Assembly: GCA_041748075.1 (NCBI GenBank)
Contig: JBGTDX010000083.1
Location: 16,383-80,382 of the forward strand
Direction of reading: 5' to 3'
DNA from: Thermoanaerobaculia bacterium
Lineage (GTDB): Bacteria; Acidobacteriota; Thermoanaerobaculia; Gp7-AA8
Length of the DNA: 64,000 nt
Shown here: positions 59,697-64,000 of the stretch, in pieces
Numbering within the stretch: position 1 is the stretch's first letter
Layout: the number at the start of each line of letters is the position of its first letter
Notes under the pieces: model-generated
What the model saw: the letters and a program-made list of their open reading frames with translations, nothing else
The model's database searches: none
Told to the model about the DNA's origin: nothing
Made by a program: the position numbers and the translations under genes

Positions 59697-59843
59697 CAAT
59701 GGCGTCAACTTAAGGCCCGCGCAGGGGCAAGTGTCATCCTGAGCGCAGCGAAGGATCCCCTTACTACTGGCTGTTTCGCAAGGTCTGAGGGGATCCTTCG
59801 CTCCGCTCAGGATGACACTTCGGACCTTAAGTTGACGCCATTG
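59697..59843. mobile_element. second MITE copy with the same 19-bp TIRs and inner palindrome; no clear TSD
   Basis: TIRs at 59697-59715 and 59825-59843; inner palindrome at 59731-59818. Confidence 0.65.
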
Positions 59844-59951
59844 CGGCCCGCGCGAGAGTTCAACTGCAGTGAGGCTCGAGGGCCGAAAATGCAACTCCGG
59901 GCGACAAGTGTCGATTTAGAAATTTGCGGGCAGTCTCATCAATCGCAACCC

Positions 59952-60773
59952 TCATCCCGCCTCCGGCTTCCGCGCGACGAGGGCCGTGGCATGCCCGAAC
60001 GGAAGGTTCACTCTACCAGCGACCTTCGCCTCGATCGCCAGAACCCCGTACAGAATCTCATTGAGCCACGCCAGCGAGCTGGGGTAGAGCCTGATGCCGA
60101 GCCCCGGAGCATGCCCGGAATTCACATGCGCGGGAGGAGGCCGAAGCCGTTCACGGACTATCCCCCACAGTGAAGGAAGCGCGTTGAGGTACGTCGCACG
60201 GACGACGACAAGACCCGCGTCCCGTGCGAGCTCAGACATTCTCTCGATCCGGAACCGCCTGTAACCGTCCTTTGTCACCTGTCGCTGGCCGAATGCCGAG
60301 TTCGAGCGGGCGTAGAGGATCCCTCCCGGCCGAAGGAGCCGGGCCATTTCCCTCATTGCCCGCGCTTCACCACCTTCCGGCAGATGCTGCAGGGTATCGA
60401 TGCAGGTGACCAGGTCGAATGTTCCATCCGGCAGAGGCAGATCGAGCGCGCTGCCGATCATCACATCGGTGCGTCCTCGATCGCGCGCCCGCAGAAGCGC
60501 GTGCCACGAGAGATCGAGTCCCGCTGCGCGATCGATTGAAACGCGCCGCGACAGGTGCTCGAGCAGGAACCCTGTGCCGCAGCCGACATCCGCAACGCGC
60601 AGCGGTCCTGAGCCGCGAAGCTCGCGCACGAGCAGCGCGTCCATGCCCGCGCGCATTCCTCGCGCCCACCAGTGCCGCTCCTCGATCTCCTGCAGCCGTT
60701 CGTAATACTCCGGCTCGAAGATCTGCGGGTCTCGCCGCTTCGAGGGCGAGTCTGACTTCTTCCGTTTCGTCAC
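59952..60773 (-). CDS. class I SAM-dependent methyltransferase
   Basis: VADVGCGTGFL is the SAM-binding motif I; LLRPGGIL is the post-II motif. The GTG start overlaps the flippase stop (GTGA). The 836-aa ORF in this frame is otherwise antisense junk. Confidence 0.65.
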   Translation of the reverse strand: MTKRKKSDSPSKRRDPQIFEPEYYERLQEIEERHWWARGMRAGMDALLVRELRGSGPLRVADVGCGTGFLLEHLSRRVSIDRAAGLDLSWHALLRARDRGRTDVMIGSALDLPLPDGTFDLVTCIDTLQHLPEGGEARAMREMARLLRPGGILYARSNSAFGQRQVTKDGYRRFRIERMSELARDAGLVVVRATYLNALPSLWGIVRERLRPPPAHVNSGHAPGLGIRLYPSSLAWLNEILYGVLAIEAKVAGRVNLPFGHATALVARKPEAG

Positions 60774-62218
60774 AGGCCCGCCTCGGTACTTTCGATTGCC
60801 CGCTCTGCTGCAAGCGATTCGATGAATGCCCGCACGTCCGTCACCGTGATGACCCGCATGAGGAAGATCAGAACGATATACGAAACCGCGCCCAGCATCG
60901 CGCGCGCCAGGAGGGGAAGAGGTCCCGTGACCGCAACCAGGGCCAGCATCAGGCTCACCGTGATCGCAGGTCGCACGAGGTAACGTCCCAGAGGAACATG
61001 CCGTATCAGGATCCACGTCGCGATGTACCCAGCAATCAGTATGAACACCTCCGATGCGACCGTCGCTGCCGCCGCGCCGGTGAGACCGTAGTGCGGAATC
61101 AACACGATGTTGAGTACGAGGTTGATCGCAGCGGCGCCCGACATGATCCAGAAGTCCATCCCCTGGCGATTGAAGCACACCAGAATCAGACGATAGTTCC
61201 GGCTGATCGTGAGCAGCCCCAGAGCGAGGAAGAGCAGCTGCAACGGCTGCGTGGCCGCCGCGTACTCCTGACCGAACAGCAACGTTACGAGCGGCTCTGC
61301 GAGAAGCACCCCGCCGGCGACGACGCCCGGCACCAGCCCCATCGTGATCCGGGTCGAACGCCCCAGAAGGCTCTCGATCGTCCCGATACCGCTCGTGGAA
61401 GCCTTCGCGAAGATGGGACGGAGCACGACGTAATAGGAAGTCACGAGCAGCGTAGGCACCCAGACCACGCGGTAAGCCGCAGCGTAGAGTCCCGCCGGAG
61501 CCGACCCGAGGACCAGTCCGATGTAGATCAGATCGAAGTTGTGGGAGACCATCGCGAGACCCGCCGTTCCTGCGAGCGGTGCAGCGGCCAGCAGGAGCCG
61601 TTTGGCGACTTGTCTGTCGATGCCCGGCATGACCCGGCCGAACCTTCGAAACGCCATGACGATCAGAAAAGCCGACGACGCAAGGCGCGAGACCAGATAG
61701 ACGATCGGAACGAGGATCACATCCTCGGGACCGTGGACGAAGATCAGCACCCCGGTCAGCATCACCGCCTGATTCAGGATCTCGGCCGCGGCTGAGACGT
61801 GCATGAGCTGGGCGCCGAGAAACAGCCAGTCGAGATCTGCTGCCGTCGTCACGAGCGAGATCCCGTAAATCATGATGACGAGTGCAGTCACGGAAGTGAC
61901 CGGTGCGATTCCGACAAACAGAAGAAGTGCCCCGAAACCTGCAAGCGTAAGCACGAGCCGCAATCCGATGACGTTCCGCATGAGAGTCGTGGCGGGCAGG
62001 CTCTGCCGGGCAACTTCCAGGGGCGCGTACTGCATCAACCCGAAGTCGACGATCAGCGCGGCCCAGGCAAGCACGCCGGTTGCGAATGCCGTGATTCCGA
62101 AATTCTCGGCGGACAACACGCGCGTGAGATAGATCGTCGTTCCGAACAGGATCAGACGGCCGATGATCTGTCCGGTCGAGAGCAATGCGAGATTGCGGCT
62201 GAATGACGGAACCGTCAT
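60770..62218 (-). CDS. polysaccharide biosynthesis protein / Wzx-like oligosaccharide flippase (MOP superfamily)
   Basis: About 12-14 TM helices and an N-terminal LALLSTGQIIGRLILFGTTIYLTR Wzx-like pattern. The start at the internal ATG gives a 4-bp overlap with the upstream GT2. Confidence 0.7.
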   Translation of the reverse strand: MTVPSFSRNLALLSTGQIIGRLILFGTTIYLTRVLSAENFGITAFATGVLAWAALIVDFGLMQYAPLEVARQSLPATTLMRNVIGLRLVLTLAGFGALLLFVGIAPVTSVTALVIMIYGISLVTTAADLDWLFLGAQLMHVSAAAEILNQAVMLTGVLIFVHGPEDVILVPIVYLVSRLASSAFLIVMAFRRFGRVMPGIDRQVAKRLLLAAAPLAGTAGLAMVSHNFDLIYIGLVLGSAPAGLYAAAYRVVWVPTLLVTSYYVVLRPIFAKASTSGIGTIESLLGRSTRITMGLVPGVVAGGVLLAEPLVTLLFGQEYAAATQPLQLLFLALGLLTISRNYRLILVCFNRQGMDFWIMSGAAAINLVLNIVLIPHYGLTGAAAATVASEVFILIAGYIATWILIRHVPLGRYLVRPAITVSLMLALVAVTGPLPLLARAMLGAVSYIVLIFLMRVITVTDVRAFIESLAAERAIESTEAGL

Positions 62219-63237
62219 CGCGGAACCAGCGGAGCAGGTCCTCTGCCGCGATGGTCTCTGTCCCGAAACGACAGGATCGCGCCAATGAGGAATCCGGCGG
62301 TTGCGTAGAGGTAGTAGAGCCAGTGGAGAGGAATCGCCCGGAGCGCGAACAGAGTGCCTCGCTCCCGCGCAAGGAAACGGTAGAAATCGAGATTGAGCAC
62401 AACCAGCAGACCTCCCGCCACGAGACCTGCAGTCCCCGCGGGTGGATAAAAGGGCGCAGCAAGGATGAGCAGCAAGAGCAGCCACGCCGCTACGCCGCTC
62501 ACGCGATGATGCGCGCGGAGATTCAGGTCCGAGACGAGATCACGCCGGACAAACATCAGTCGCGACCATGGAATCGCGCGGTCGAACAGATCGGCCTTGA
62601 GCAGGGACACGAAGTTCCATGCCTTGAGGTGCGTGACTTGAATCTCTCGCACCAGACGGATCGTCTTACCGTCTCTCACGAGGCGCCCGCCGAGCTCGAT
62701 GTCCTCGATGGACGGCCGGCGAAAGCGCTCCGCGTCGAACCCGCCCGCCTCGAGAAATGTCTCCCGCCGCACGGCTCCGCACCCGGCCCAGAACGTCGAG
62801 GCCTCCTCGCTGCTCTGCTGATGAATGTAGTGGTGAAAAAGATTCTTGTACTGTGCGATGAAGCCCGGAGCCGCCGGCGTCCTGTCGTACGATCCGAAGG
62901 CCGCGTCGACTTCCGGGTGCGCGCGAAAGTAATCGACGAGCCTTCCGAGAGTGTCCGTATGGACCGCGCAGTCGGCATCGATGAAACAGAAGATTCCGCC
63001 ACGAGCGCGCCTGCTTCCGAGATTGCGCGCCGCCCCCGGCCCGCTGCGCACGCTCGTCGACAGCACCTCTGCGCCGAACCGGCGTGCAACCTCGGCCGAT
63101 GCGTCGGTCGAACCGTCATCGACGACGATGAGCTCGAAGCCGGAGAATTCCGAGGCCCGAAGGGCCGCGAGACACCGCTCGAAGAGGGCCCCGCCGTTGA
63201 ACACCGGCACGATCACCGTCAATTCTGCTACGTTCAT
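62215..63237 (-). CDS. family 2 glycosyltransferase with two C-terminal TM helices (polyprenol-phosphate sugar synthase type: GtrB/ArnC/DPM1-like)
   Basis: TVIVPVFNG...LIVVDDGSTDAS...FIDADC, and a C-terminal pair of TM helices. Confidence 0.8.
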   Translation of the reverse strand: MNVAELTVIVPVFNGGALFERCLAALRASEFSGFELIVVDDGSTDASAEVARRFGAEVLSTSVRSGPGAARNLGSRRARGGIFCFIDADCAVHTDTLGRLVDYFRAHPEVDAAFGSYDRTPAAPGFIAQYKNLFHHYIHQQSSEEASTFWAGCGAVRRETFLEAGGFDAERFRRPSIEDIELGGRLVRDGKTIRLVREIQVTHLKAWNFVSLLKADLFDRAIPWSRLMFVRRDLVSDLNLRAHHRVSGVAAWLLLLLILAAPFYPPAGTAGLVAGGLLVVLNLDFYRFLARERGTLFALRAIPLHWLYYLYATAGFLIGAILSFRDRDHRGRGPAPLVPR

Positions 63238-63347
63238 AGGATCTGGCTCGAACGCCGTCGCTCTGAAAGGCCGGGACGAGTCACGAGAGCGTTGTCATCC
63301 CAGGCCATGAAAATGGTCGGGCCATTGAACCGGAAAAAGGAACCAAC

Positions 63348-63432
63348 GTGTCATCCTGAGCGAAGCGAAGGATCCCCCTCGAGGCAATGCGGCAAGTCTT
63401 CAGGGGATCCTTCGCTGCGCTCAGGATGACAC
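63348..63432. repeat. palindromic MITE-like repeat, copy 5 (same subfamily as 47237, with a right extension to about 63470)
   Basis: Read directly. Confidence 0.7.
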
Positions 63433-63669
63433 AGCGGTTCATCGCTCGCCACAATGACGCGCCCGTCATTCGTATATTGCTCAATATAACGCGAGTTCAG
63501 TATTGTGAACCAAGGCTTTCTGCGGACTAATCGGGGAAGGTAACGACTGCGCTCTCCACTGACTGAAAAGCTGGCCGCGATTGGCGCGCCGGTCTCATTG
63601 GCCGCTGGCATCGCCCTCTTCACGCTCGCCGAGCCTCGCTTTCAGATTCTCGCTGCCGCTCTGCTGCTG

Positions 63670-64000
63670 ATGTCCGTGATGTTGTTCGCCGGCCCACGCG
63701 TGAGCCGCTGGTGGACAGCCGCTCCTCCCCTCACTCGCACGGCAGTGGGCCTCGAGCCCGAAACGTCTCCTTCCCGACATGCGCTTCCCGCACTGGCAGC
63801 GTTGACAGCCGCCGCCGCGGCGCTTCGGCTGCCCGGGCTCGCCGGCGATCTCTGGCTCGATGAGATCGGCACGGTCGTGGTCTACCTGAGACTCCCGCCG
63901 CTCGAAACCCTCCAGACATACATTTCGGCCAACCAGCACCTGTTGTACTCTCTGGCCGGCAGTATCTCCTTTCAGTTGTTCGGCGAGAGCGCCCTGGCGG
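63670..64000 (+). CDS. GT-C superfamily glycosyltransferase (GT39/PMT_2/ArnT-like), 5' part, running off the window end
   Basis: Open frame to the window end with TM helices and a LRLPGLAGDLWLDEIGT motif resembling the N-terminal DE motif of PMT_2/GT39 enzymes. The start could be further upstream (the frame opens at 63544). Confidence 0.4.
   Translation, partial: MSVMLFAGPRVSRWWTAAPPLTRTAVGLEPETSPSRHALPALAALTAAAAALRLPGLAGDLWLDEIGTVVVYLRLPPLETLQTYISANQHLLYSLAGSISFQLFGESALA

Noticed and set aside
59952-62462. 836-aa ORF on the minus strand
   Set aside because: Only the C-terminal 270 aa have methyltransferase motifs. The rest is Arg/Gly-rich antisense of the flippase gene, which is typical of spurious ORFs in a high-GC genome; the real gene was called as 59952-60773.
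1-64000. CRISPR arrays, prophage, restriction-modification or toxin-antitoxin modules
   Set aside because: No direct-repeat/spacer arrays, phage structural genes, methyltransferase-endonuclease pairs or small toxin/antitoxin pairs were recognised. The repeats present are palindromic MITE-like or heptamer hairpins, not CRISPR.

Overview
This is a high-GC (about 65%) bacterial chromosomal segment, densely coding on both strands. The composition and gene content (many eukaryote-like Ser/Thr kinases, TonB-dependent receptor, TRAP transporter with TatT, MITE-like palindromic repeats) suggest a soil-type lineage such as Acidobacteriota, but no taxonomic claim can be verified from here. All coordinates come from the supplied ORF track and from hand-indexing of the printed sequence, so fine motif positions may be off by a few bases; no database search was possible.

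Housekeeping genes include acs (3' fragment), fabG-like, tmk, holB, thiG, rph, glgC, dnaJ, aroA, plsC, a tRNA-Asn, and a threonine dehydratase. The accessory-looking content includes:
- three tandem Ser/Thr protein kinases (18.0–26.7 kb) next to a TatT-type TRAP transporter and a divergent winged-helix/FHA regulator
- a fourth kinase fused to a TolB-like beta-propeller, next to a LytS/LytTR two-component system and a TonB-dependent receptor with His/Asp/Glu-rich inserts
- a P1B-type ATPase homolog that has lost its catalytic motifs, translationally coupled to a cupredoxin-like protein
- a 3'-terminal glycan cluster (SAM methyltransferase, Wzx-like flippase, GT2, partial GT-C)
- at least five copies of a palindromic MITE-like repeat, one of them with perfect 19-bp terminal inverted repeats and a 12-bp target-site duplication
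- a family of intergenic hairpins whose arms are built from tandem 7-mer repeats
- two candidate structured non-coding RNAs, one with a near-consensus promoter and an intrinsic terminator

No CRISPR array, prophage, or recognisable defence system was seen.
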